From Octopus bimaculoides (lineage: Eukaryota), in the NCBI RefSeq assembly GCF_001194135.2, contig NC_068981.1:191035555-191099554 (forward strand): DNA of 64,000 nucleotides, read 5' to 3'. The notes under the pieces are model-generated. The model was not told the DNA's origin. It did not search any database and saw only the letters and a program-made list of their open reading frames with translations. The translations under genes and the position numbers were made by a program. Of this stretch, positions 53,490 through 64,000 are shown piece after piece (within the stretch, counting starts at the first letter, position 1; each line of letters begins with the position of its first letter).

Positions 53490-54905
53490 TTTTTTATTGC
53501 TGTTGTTATTTATTATTATTATCACTATTATTATTATTTGAAGGCTATAAGCTAGCAGAACTGTGCTGGACAAAATACTTAGTGGCACTTCATTTGTCTT
53601 TGTGTTCTGAGGTCAAATTCCATCGAGGTCGACATTGCCTTTTATCATTTCAAGGTCAGTAAAGTAAGTACCAATTGAGAATCAGGGTTGATAATTGACT
53701 ACCACCTTCGCCCAAAATTGACATGTACAATCAGAGGGTTTATTGTGGGTTGAGAAGGAGCTATATTAATAAGGATTTCTCATAGGTTGTGTCCATCAGG
53801 ATTATTTTGTGTAGGTAATTTAATTTATGAAACAATTCATAGTCGAAGGTTATTTTTATGTGCCTATAGTACAAAGAATTATTATTAAGGTGGGGAGATG
53901 GCAGAATCATTAGCATATCGGGCGAAATGCTTAGCAGTATTTCATCTGTCTTTACATTCTGAATTCAAATTCCGCTGAGGTTGACTTTGCTTTTCATCTC
54001 TTCGGGGTCGATAAATTAAGTACCAGTTGCATACTGGGGTCAATCTAATTAACTGGCACCCCCTCCCCCAAAATTTTGGGCCTTGTGCCTAGAGTAGAAA
54101 AGAATCGTTACTGCACTTGGCAAAATATTTAGCAGCATTTCTTTCTGCTTTTTCACGTTCTGAGTTCAAACTGGTCAGCTTTGCCTTTCATCCTTTCAGG
54201 TTCAATAAAATAAATAAATAAATAAATACCAGTCATGTACTGGGGTGGATGTAATCGACTAACCCCCTACCCTGTAATGTCAAGCTTTGTGCCTATCGTA
54301 GAAAGGATTATTATTATTATTATTATTATTATATTTTCCGATTGATTTGCATTTTATTTCATCTTCCAGCCAAGTCTCAGCTAGAGACCAAAGGCACATA
54401 TATTATTATTATTATTATTCATATACACTCAACAGATTGGACTGTTGGGAAAAAAAAGGAGTCCTAACATCAGGCTACAACAATTTGCCTTAGATGCCTA
54501 GAACCCTCCTATCAGGTTACAGCAAGTAACCTTAGATGCCAAGAACCCTCCTAAGTATCCTAGCTTTCCCTAATAACACTGTTTTTTTTTTCTCTGCAGC
54601 TGTACTAAACTGGGTTTCCTCTATGGGTTTCCTCTGTCCATCTGTTCAGATCTTTACGGATAGTTTCCAGTGCACCTATAACTACTGGGAAGCAGCGAGA
54701 TAGCAGAATCATTAGCAAGCCAGGTAAAATGCTTAGCAATATTTTGTCTACCACTACATTCTGAGTTCAAATTCCACCGAGGTCAACTTTGCTTTTCATC
54801 TTTTCAGGGCCAATGAAACGAGCACCAATTATGCACTGGGGTTGATATAATCAACTAACCCCCTTCCCCCAAAATTTTCAAGGCCTTGTGCCTGTAGTAG
54901 AAATA
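53490..54905 (+). mobile_element. Cluster of four same-strand SINE B copies
   Basis: Copies at about 53490-53720, 53885-54110, 54110-54305 and 54690-54905, most next to (ATT)n. Confidence 0.7.
54400..54570 (-). mobile_element. R4/Dong-like 3' end with tandem duplication, abutting (TAA)n
   Basis: Minus aggagggttcttggcatctaagg (RRVLGI*) occurs twice, then UTR and taataataa. Confidence 0.5.
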
Positions 54906-54906
54906 A

Positions 54907-54946
<40 letters not shown>

Positions 54947-54984
54947 CATTTTTATTATTATGAAGCTAGTGCATGGCTGATTTA

Positions 54985-55200
54985 ATTATGTGACCACGTG
55001 TGTATCGTTGGCGATTTTCTTTCTCCATCTTCCCGTCTTTGGTCTTTTTCTATATTTCTGATGAAGAGCTCCACTAGAAACGTGAAATCCTCTTTCTTTT
55101 CTTTCCTTTCCTTAACATCCAATAACACAGTACTTGTACCATGTCCTCATGTTGTTGGTTTTTCTTGCTTGTTCTTGTTTGGATTGGCTAGTTTAATTAG
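54985..55200 (+). mobile_element. Penelope-like terminal fragment with hammerhead-like motif
   Basis: 55054-55088 AUUU-CUGAUGA-A-GAGC-ucc-ACUA-GAAAC-GUG-AAAU (degenerate). Confidence 0.55.
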
Positions 55201-55204
55201 CTGG

Positions 55205-56150
55205 AATTTTATCTTGAGGTTTGGTGGCAAGTCTCCTCAAATCTCAAGAATCTTTCATAGGATTCTTGCAGAATATAGGATGGCACTTTCCTGCAGGTTG
55301 ACAATGTGAATCTCAATTCCAGTATTTTCAGTCTTTTAGGTAACATTTTCAGCATTGTGACAAATGCAAAGAATAATTGTTCTTTTAGTCTTCCACAGTT
55401 TCTTCTGCTATCTGGCCAGACCCTGACATTTCTCAGTTTTTACAATTTCTTTGATATCAATTCCATTATCCTATGGTATTGCAAAGTTTACGATCTTACA
55501 CTGTTTATATATTTTGTCCTCTATAATCAATAGAATGGTCAGTCTTTATGTGGAAGTCCCATAAGATCTCGTAATTCCTATTCTCCCTTACAGCTTCTGA
55601 TTCATGTTCATACTGCTTTCCTGTTATTTCAAAGCCATACATATCCCAATGCACTCTTTTACCTCCACACTCATTCCAGCACTTTTACTCTTTTTGTGCT
55701 AGCTTTTTGCACTCACTCAAGAAATGATTGATAGTTCCATTTCCTTTCCTGCAGATTCTACATTTGTTGTGTGGGTTTTGTCTATCTTTGCCTTTATCGG
55801 ATTCATCTTAATGGCTTTGTTCCTGGAAAGCTATAATTAGCACTTCAGTCTCTTGTTTTAAGTTTCTGTCTGTCAGCCATAATCAACATTCTTTACTTCC
55901 AACATCCTCAGTTTGTTGCATAAATTGACTATATAATTCCATTTCTTTCCATCTGCTTGTTCTGTTGTTCTTCCTTCACTCTGCACAATTTTTCAAACCC
56001 AATATCAGGGTACAGACTGTGTCTTCTGTATTTAGTAATCCTCTACCTGCTTCCTTTCTTGGTAGGTAGAGTCTGTCAGTATTACTTTTAGGATGGTGTG
56101 AATTGTGCATTGTGAGCAGCTTCTTAGATTTTCTATCCAATGTGAGTGTT
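55205..56150 (-). mobile_element. Degraded 5'-truncated R4/Dong-clade non-LTR retrotransposon
   Basis: LDRKSKKLLTMHNSHHPKSNTDRLYLPRKEAGRGL, WLTDRNLKQETEVLIIAFQEQ, KCRICRKGNGTINHFLSECKKLAQKE (CCHC knuckle), ends KILEI*; 5' end abuts (TAA)n at 56150-56220. Confidence 0.85.
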
Positions 56151-56699
56151 GTTGTTGTTAATAATAATAATAATAATAATAATGATAATAATAATAATAA
56201 TAATAATAACAAAGATAATAATGTTTTTGTGTATATTTCTTCTTTCTGCTTTCATATCATTAAATTCACTTCATTTTACTTTGATTTCCATTAATTTTCC
56301 ATTTCTTTGTTAGAATAAAATTTGGTAAATAATTATTTGAATTTTATGCAGAGTTTATTATTGACATTAAATTGCTAATGAATAAAGATGCGGCATCCTC
56401 TATACTTAGGGAAATTAATGAAATATGCTTACTACATTATATTTTCCTTCAAAAGTATCTTATTCTCAACATTAAGAATTTTCACTTGCTATCAGGTTTT
56501 CATCTCCAAGAAAGTAATTAATACAATAAAGGATATTGATCTGTGAATCTAAGAAAGGTAAAAAAAAAAAAAAAAGTCATTCTTAATTAATAATGAGAGA
56601 TAATGTTTCATTTGAAAATTTGATGTTTTAATGAGGGAAAATAAGGAGGGGAAATTATTTTAGATTATCAACTAAGGATAATTAATATTAGATAAATGT

Positions 56700-56930
56700 G
56701 GTGCCTCATTCTGTTAGACAATTTGAATTAAGAGCTTCTCTTTATCCAACTAGTCCTGTGCTGTCATCACAGTGGCACATTTGTCTCTCCTCTTCTAATC
56801 ACCCCTATTGTGCCCTGTCTTACACTGATCGGTACATCCAATCCTTCTTCTCTAGAATATCATACCTTTGCAATTCCCACCATGTACAGATGTTTGACTC
56901 CTGAAGCCATCAATTTGCAGTCATTCAAGA
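56700..56930 (+). mobile_element. Degraded CR1/Jockey-group LINE 3' end
   Basis: HPYCALSYTDRYIQSFFSRISYLCNS resembles RTxxYxxSFFPRTxxLWNSLP. Confidence 0.45.
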
Positions 56931-57378
56931 GGATTCCATCCCACTGGTCCCAAGGGCTCTGAAGGATATGGGGACAGGTCCTTTTTTTTCCAATCCAGTA
57001 AACAAAGAGAGGTGCTTAAACAAAAACTAGAATTCTTATTGAGCTGTTTGTTAATTGCTTGAAAAACATTAATTATGAGAAAATTATGAGAATTATTCAC
57101 TAACTCTACAGAATAATATACTTAGCACTGTAGCACCTCAGAGTTATTGTGTAAAATATATAGAATGCTATATGATGATAAACTATGTGTGTAACCACAA
57201 AAGAAGTAGACTTCAATATCATGGGATATATTTAACATATACAAACATGGAACACTCACTTACAGTACTAAGAGTTTTCCTGTAAACCATGAGTATGAAG
57301 CTGTCTAATTTCCAATCAGTAATCAACAGGCAATGACTGTGTCTTGAATTATCAATCAGAAATCGAAGAACTTCATAC

Positions 57379-57438
57379 CTGTGGTTCACTGGGAAACTTC
57401 AAGTACTGTATGTGAGTGCTCCATATTTGTATAATGTA
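57379..57438 (-). CDS. Candidate coding exon
   Basis: tatcattctttag| YIIQIWSTHIQYLKFPSEPQ |gtatga, 60 nt, phase 0 to 0, other frames closed. Confidence 0.3.
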
Positions 57439-58546
57439 CTAAAGAATGATATATGACTACATATGTTACAAAATTTAAGAAAACTTATGTTAGGCACTGG
57501 AAAATATGATTAATTTCTTCCTCAGAATTTCAAAATTAATACTCTACAGTTTGCATGTGATTTCCAACAGCTTTAATTATATGTATTGTTCATAAAGAAA
57601 CTAATCTGAGAAAACCGTGAATTTATAAATTTTTATTTTTATTTCAAATTTAGTTGAAAGAAAATTAATCCCATGGCTTTTGCAATGTTTCCTCAGATTA
57701 GTTTCTTAATGGACCATATTTAGAAACTACACCTACTGGCAATCACATGCAAATTATTAAGCAATGAGTTTGCAATTCCTTCTGTTGAACCTACTGAGGA
57801 ATCCTTATAGTTTTTCAGATAAAAATATTGACATTCCTACCTCCTTTTTAATGTCTCAAGAAAATTCTAAACCATGATACCAGTGGTCACTTCATCAAAC
57901 ACATGAAAACTGCAAATTATATAACACACCAATATCACTATATTTATTTTATATAACTTTATATTGACAGTTTTTCTGCCTTCACTTCAGACTTCTATAT
58001 GACGTCAATTCACTCTGGACTTTTCTTATATCTTTTCTTTTATTCTAGGTTCTTAGTTTTAATTCATTTTTTCTTAATTTTTTTTTTTTTTGTCTTTTTT
58101 CTTTTGGCCAAAATCTATTCAACGAATAGTTTTAAAATCTTCTTATATTCATTATCACTGTTGTCATGTCACCAAACACTGGGTCTTTTCAATCTATTAT
58201 CATTTTCTGCCACATTTCTGGCAGTACCATCTGTCAATCTTTCTGCAGGCCTTTTTAACTCAAGATTTCATAATGTAAAGACAGAATATTTTAATGCTAG
58301 TAAAACAAATAGAAGATATGGGTGCTGACATTATTTGTGTGGTTGTGCAGTTTGCTTTAAAACTGCATGGCTTAAGGTTCAATCTTATTTGATGGCACCT
58401 TGGGCAGGTGTCTCCTACCATAGCCTTGGGTCAACTAAAACCTTGTTAGTCAAATATTGGTAGACAGAATTTATGGAAGCCCATCAAAGAGATTATTTTT
58501 GACATTGGTGATAGGCTTAATCCATTAACTGGTTTAACACCATTAC

Positions 58547-58677
58547 CTGGCACTTGGCTGCTTTTAATGGAATCCGTTCTGTTGTTAGTGTTACTTGAGT
58601 GTTTGTTGGCTGGTGTGCGGTGGTAACTGGTGGAGTTGATGAAAGATTCATGTTTCTTGGGCTGCGTGAAAAAGCAA
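58547..58677 (-). CDS. Candidate coding exon (S/T/P-rich)
   Basis: Non-repeat block with higher GC and retained CpG; ttgttcag| AFSRSPRNMNLSSTPPVTTAHQPTNTQVTLTTERIPLKAAKCQ |gtaatg; a second frame is also open. Confidence 0.35.
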
Positions 58678-58904
58678 CTGAACAACACCCGCAAACATTT
58701 AACAGAATATTTTATTATCACCCATTAAGTCAAAAGTACACTTTTATAGACAACAACATTAATAATTACACACTGAGAGAGAAGGAAAAACTGCACCACA
58801 TTCAATGAAGTTACTTATGAGACATTGTGTGAATGTTTAGTTTGGTCTGTCCAAAAACCTGGAGATGTTGGTGCATATATTTGGAACTGTTTGATGTGGC
58901 AAGA

Positions 58905-59085
58905 CATCTTTAGCGGTATTTCATCTGTCTTTACATTCTGGGTTCAAATTCTGCTGAGGTTGACTTTGCCTTTCATCTGTTTGGGGTCAATAAATTAAGT
59001 ACCAGTTATGCACTGGGGTCAATCTAATCAACTGGCCTGCTCTCTAAAATTTTTGGGCCTTGTGCCTAGAGTAGAAAAGAATATT
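58905..59085 (+). mobile_element. SINE family B, head truncated
   Basis: Family body and tail. Confidence 0.7.
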
Positions 59086-61352
59086 CTACAGTTAATTACC
59101 ACCAAAAGTGGCTTTTTATAGGGCAGAAGAAGATTCTAGAAAATTGAATCTAGTGGTAGCTTGACACTGATTGGTTGCTTAATAGACTGACCGTGTGGTT
59201 TTCTTGAGATGTCTGACCACGTATTCACAGATTCAGTTTTGAATCCTCCCTACACTAGCATTCACGTCAGGTGTCCAGTTTGAGGAGAACTTTCTCCACT
59301 CCCACACCCTACCCCCTGCCAATTTCAAAGACACTGAGAAGGTCAGGGGCACTTCCCTTACTATTCTGACTCAGTTATTAAAAAAATGGGAACTTTTATG
59401 TGTATGTTTGATCTGCTATAAATAGAAATCAGATCTTCCTCAAATTAAAGGCTGTCATGTTAACATATTTCTGTTCATATTTCTGTTGAAATACACAGCC
59501 TTCATTTCAATTAATTTTGAAATTAATGAAGAGAGTTTAGTAAACTAATTTTGTCCTTATTTAGCTGTGGATTGAAACTTAAATTTACATAAAATCTTGA
59601 TGAAAAGTTTCAGTTTAGATCGCTTTAACTGAGGAAGCTTTTATCACAGAACCAGGATTAAAAGAGTTAAAAAAGAACATGTCAGAGGATAGTGTAAGCT
59701 GGGCTACAGTATTGTAGTGGGGCAATGGAGAGTCAAAAATACTGGATGGTCATTGCTGGAATACATATGATCATAAAAATCAACTGGATCAACCCTGAGA
59801 AGGGGCTAAAAATGACAATTCTTTTTATCATCTTTTAAAGAGAGTTAATATTAAATGTAAATGCATTCTATATGTTTATTTCAATGACAACAACATTTAG
59901 TGATGTAATTGTATCTTTGTAACTCTAGAGGAATGCTGCTTTGTTTACGATAACATATGTAAATATGTTTATATTTAAGTGTCTGGCTTTGTGAAAGTAA
60001 GATGATAGATATATGAAAGCGAAGTATTGTTCATATCTTCAGCTCTGTAAATATAACAAACTGCTAGAAGAATGACCAGAGACACACACCCTGGGACACC
60101 TGCTGCATATATGGTTAAACAGGAGCTTGCATATTTAATATATGAGAGAAAGAAATAATAAAATCTTCGTTTAGATATGTCAGCTCAAGAAACACAAGGG
60201 TGACAAAAAGAAATTTAAATAAATGTAATAAAATTCAAACTAGAATGCTGTAGGGAATGCTTCTGATACTGACAATATGGTACCATTCTGGGACAGGTTG
60301 TGTTTCCTCTCTGTTGCTTTTATGAAACTTTCAAAGTGAAACTCTATATGCAAACTTTATGCAGTATTTGATCTGGATATATTGTTGTGATGTTGAAGTT
60401 TTACAAATTTTCTGATACCACTCAATGTATTTTCTTATTGTTAAATTGTCAAGTTTCTGCATAATCCCTTTCAGAATATTTGTTTATATATTCAACTTAA
60501 TTTTTATATCATCATTCGTGAACAATAGAATAATTGGTTACAGGTTACCAACAGAACAGTCACTTGTTTGCTGGATTTATGATGGTGTCAATAACAAGGG
60601 AATGTTTGTGGCTCAATGCAGAACAAATATGACAAGGAACTTTGTTTGAAAAGATATTAAGCATTTTCTTTTTGTTGTTTTCTTTTTCTCTTCTTATCTT
60701 CCACCAACATACAATTTCAGTTTGTAGTGATGGCATGACAAGAAAACTCTATTCTATCTGCTGCAATGGCTGTGTCTTTGAGTAGAAACATACATTGAAA
60801 AATGTGATTAGAGCTTTCATCGATCTGGTAGGTCTCTCGATACAACAACACACTAATCACTGACTGATTGAGAAGAATTAATGCAATTAATTTGATTTTC
60901 AAGTATCTCTAGGAACACGAGTTTGCATTGCAGGCGTGCCCACAAATATGGTTCACTTTTTTAGCAAGAGGGATTTTGCTACTTGAATGAAAACCTGTAT
61001 CACTTGCAGTCTCTGTTGTTACCAGCAAACATGGGAGTGGACTACTGTTGCACGTATTTCCTGATAAAGACTGGATTATATTCGTTGCACACCAATAATG
61101 CAAACGCATGCCTAAGAATTTAAACTACTGAATTAATTGAATTAATTCGTTGCAGCCAATTAGCAATTAACTTGCTATATCAAGAGGCCTGGCTAATTAA
61201 TGATAGCCTTGATCACACTTCTCTTGCTATGTTGCTTCACATGAAAAAAGGGTTCTTTTTATGTATGCTATCAATGCAAAGAACATTTTCCCCTCTTATT
61301 AAGACCTAAACATGTTGACAATAATTTCCCAAGCATGCCAAGGAAAATGATA

Positions 61353-62170
61353 ATCATCATCATCATCGTTTAACGTCCGTTTTCTATGCTGGCATGGGTT
61401 GGACAGTTTGACTGAGGTCTGGAGAGCCAGCAGCTGCACCAGGCTCCAGTCTGATCAGGCAATGTTTCTACAGCTGGATGCCCTTCCTAACGCCAACCAC
61501 TCCAAGAGTGTAGTGGGTGCTTTTTACATGCCACTGGCACAGGAGCCAGTCAGGCAGGTTTGGCATCAATCACTTTCAGATAGTGTTTTTTGCATGCCTC
61601 CAGCATTGGAGCCAGTCAGGGGGTACTGGTATCAGCCACGTTCAGATGGTGCTTTTCACATGCCACCGGCACAGGGGCCAGTCAGGCGGTCCTGGCATCG
61701 ACCACATTCAGATAGCACTTTTCATGTGCCACCAGCACAGGAGCCAGTCAGGAGGTACTGGCATTGACCACATTCAGATGGTGCTTTTTATGTGCCACCG
61801 GCNNNNNNNNNNCCACCAGCACAGGAGCCAGTCAGGAGGTACTGGCATTGACCACATTCAGATGGTGCTTTTTATGTGCCACCGGCACAGGAGCCAGTCA
61901 GGCGGATGTGACATCAACCACATTCAGATGGTGCTTTTTATGTGCCATTGGCACAGGAGCCAGTCAAGGAACACTGGCCAGAATGGGAGCTAGTCAGGGG
62001 GCACTGACCACAGCTACGATTTTGGTTTTACTTGACTCAATAGATCTTTTCAAGTGTATCATATTGCCCGACGCATCAAAGGTACTCTTAAACGAGCCGG
62101 ACATGCAACACTGGCTTCAGCCATGGCTGCGATCTCACTTTAGTTGCCGGCTCCTCTCAATCACAGCATA
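61353..62170 (-). mobile_element. RTE-tail copy with expanded 66-bp tandem array (at least 7 units)
   Basis: Unit starts at 61513, 61579, 61645, 61711, 61777, then after a gap 61861 and 61927. Confidence 0.85.
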
Positions 62171-62764
62171 TCTCCAAAAATCATTTAAGGCAGTGAGCTG
62201 ATAGAATTGTTAACGCATAGAGAGTAATGCTTAGCAGTATTTCTTCTGACTCTATGTTCTAGTTTCATCTTTTTAGGGTCCATAAAATAAGTACCATTTG
62301 AGCACTGGGATCAATACAATCAATGAAATTTATGGCCTTGTGCCAAAATTTGAAATCAATACTAATAAATTATTTAATAAATTAAATACTATTGATTAAT
62401 ATCATTTATTTATAAGTACTTAATTCTACTTAAATATATGAATATTAACTCACAACAAAAATTATGACCTACTCAAGATCACAATGTAATAGCAATATCA
62501 TAGTTTTAACCTATAACCTTCTGACCTCACAAGCATATTCTCATCATTCTTTCTTCTTTTTCTTTTTCTTTTTATTTCAACTCTACCCACTTCATCAGTC
62601 AGCTTTGCTTTTCTGGATCAATAAAAAAAATAATACATATCCAATAAACTCAACTAATGGAAACATCAGATCATCAGACTGGATGCCAGGATTGTGTTTA
62701 TTATGTGAAATTGGTTTATCCAGTTGTGTTACACCACTATGGTTAGTGACTATTTAACAAATGA

Positions 62765-63120
62765 CTTTGCCTCTTGTCCTTTCAGGGTCGATAAATGAAG
62801 TACCAGTTGCATACTGGGGTCAATCTAATCAGTTGGGCCCCTCCCAAAAAATTTCAGGCCTTGTGCATAGAGCAGAAAAGAATATTGACTGGTTTCTTTA
62901 AGGCGGCAAGCTGGAAGAAATGTTAGCACACCGGGCAAAATGTTTAGCAGTATTTCATCTGTCTTTACATTCTGAATTCAAATTCTGCTGAGGTCGACTT
63001 TGCCTCTCATCCTTTCAGGGTCAATAAATTAAGTACCAGTTGTGTACTAGGGTCGATCTTATCGACTGGCCCCTTCCTCAAAAATGTTGGGCCTTGTGTC
63101 TAGAGTAGAAAAGAATATTG
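62765..63120 (+). mobile_element. Two head-to-tail SINE B copies
   Basis: Second copy flanked by tattgactg(g/a)tttctt at about 62883-62900 and 63116-63133; further degenerate copy at about 62170-62360. Confidence 0.75.
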
Positions 63121-63369
63121 ACTGATTTCTTGTAAAGGAAGCTTTGTTTCCTAGTCAGGTCAGAGTTGTCTTTCTTTGGTATTTGTTGCTGAAGTAAACT
63201 AAACAGTTCAGAATGCATCCATCAGTCCAATAAAGGGTGCTCTGAGCTTATTTGGGTGTGTCAACATTTTATTTTTAAGCTAGAATTTTTTTCCATGAGA
63301 AACTGCAGTGAAAAATATATCTCAGATATATTAAAACTGGTCTTACTTTTCAATCACTTCTTCATGCAG

Positions 63370-63525
63370 TTACTTGTGAATGTTTTCGCCAGGGGGCCTC
63401 CACCAACTGCAGTTGATGGCATGGCAGCACAGCGAAGAGCGGACTTGGCCACAGTTGCATCCACGCTAACACAGACGGGCACGCTTGAGAAGCCATGGCT
63501 CTTTATTTTCAGTCTCCAAGAAATG
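63370..63525 (+). CDS. Coding-like exon, strand ambiguous
   Basis: Roughly 50% GC unique block. Plus: cttacttttcaatcacttcttcatgcag| LLVNVFARGPPPTAVDGMAAQRRADLATVASTLTQTGTLEKPWLFIFSLQEM |gtgggg. Minus alternative 63568-63374 (tattcag| ... |gtaact) is also open. Confidence 0.45.
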
Positions 63526-64000
63526 GTGGGGATACAGGAGGAGACAATCCTCAAACTGGGGACCCAGCCTGAATAATTTATGACAGTGAACTCTACTAAA
63601 GGTACTCAAAGACCAAGTAAGTGGTGATGTTAAACAAAAATATGAATGAAGTTCCCTCCACCTTGGGTGGTGGTATTAAACCCAAAAAATGGATTAAATC
63701 TCTTCTCCAACCCCAAGAACTCAGATTACAAAGAAAGGCAACACAAAACTGCAAGGTCTCTTGCATGACTTCCTAATAATTCCACTGACTTACTTTCCTT
63801 GGTGTTACTTTATTTTATTGACAAATCTAGCCCCAAATGAATGAAAGGCAACGTTGACCTGGCAGGATTTGAACTCAGTATACAGAAAGCTGGAGTGAAT
63901 ACCATGAGGTATTTTTCCTATGCTCTAATGATTCAACTAATTTGATGCTTTGGTGGTTTTATTTGAATCGTGTTGTTGTTAGAAATGACAGTGAGAAGAT

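Noticed and set aside
38700-58330. Protein-like minus frames with scattered stops (about 39.5-38.7, 41.3, 48.5-48.2, 57.9, 58.3 kb) as pseudogene or stop codons recoded by editing
   Set aside because: Stop spacing is near what AT-rich random sequence gives; no motif recognised.
61513-61980. CRISPR-like array
   Set aside because: Eukaryotic context, contiguous tandem units without unique spacers, no cas genes.
61399-62201. 122-158 aa repetitive ORFs as a host repeat protein
   Set aside because: They lie antisense within the 66-bp array of an RTE 3' UTR, with no splice or promoter support.

Overview
AT-rich, repeat-dense eukaryotic sequence with many N gaps flanked by microsatellites. The SINE/LINE repertoire (tRNA-headed SINEs with a CORE-like 'accttgggcaagt' block, RTE tails ending in (GAT)n, TA/TG/CA/TAA microsatellites) points to an octopus, probably an Octopus draft assembly; this is inference from recognition, not a search. 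Almost all supplied ORFs are artefacts of microsatellites, gaps or SINEs. I could not name a host gene. There are several short exon candidates with AG/GT ends, mostly on the minus strand, and one GC-rich coding-like block at 63.37-63.57 kb; all are low confidence because open frames of this length occur by chance in such DNA. The mobile elements are better supported: many RTE 3'-UTR copies (one still joined to an intact RTE ORF end), two inverted RTE insertions, R4/Dong relics at (TAA)n, hAT elements with an 8-bp TSD, TTAA MITEs and a HINE/Helentron-like element. The most interesting signal is a set of Penelope-type minimal hammerhead-like motifs and four fold-back elements. One fold-back wraps a tRNA-like head between two inverted hammerhead-like arms and has a 12-bp TSD. 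Two assembly artefacts are visible: an Illumina adapter remnant and an 82-bp duplication beside a gap.
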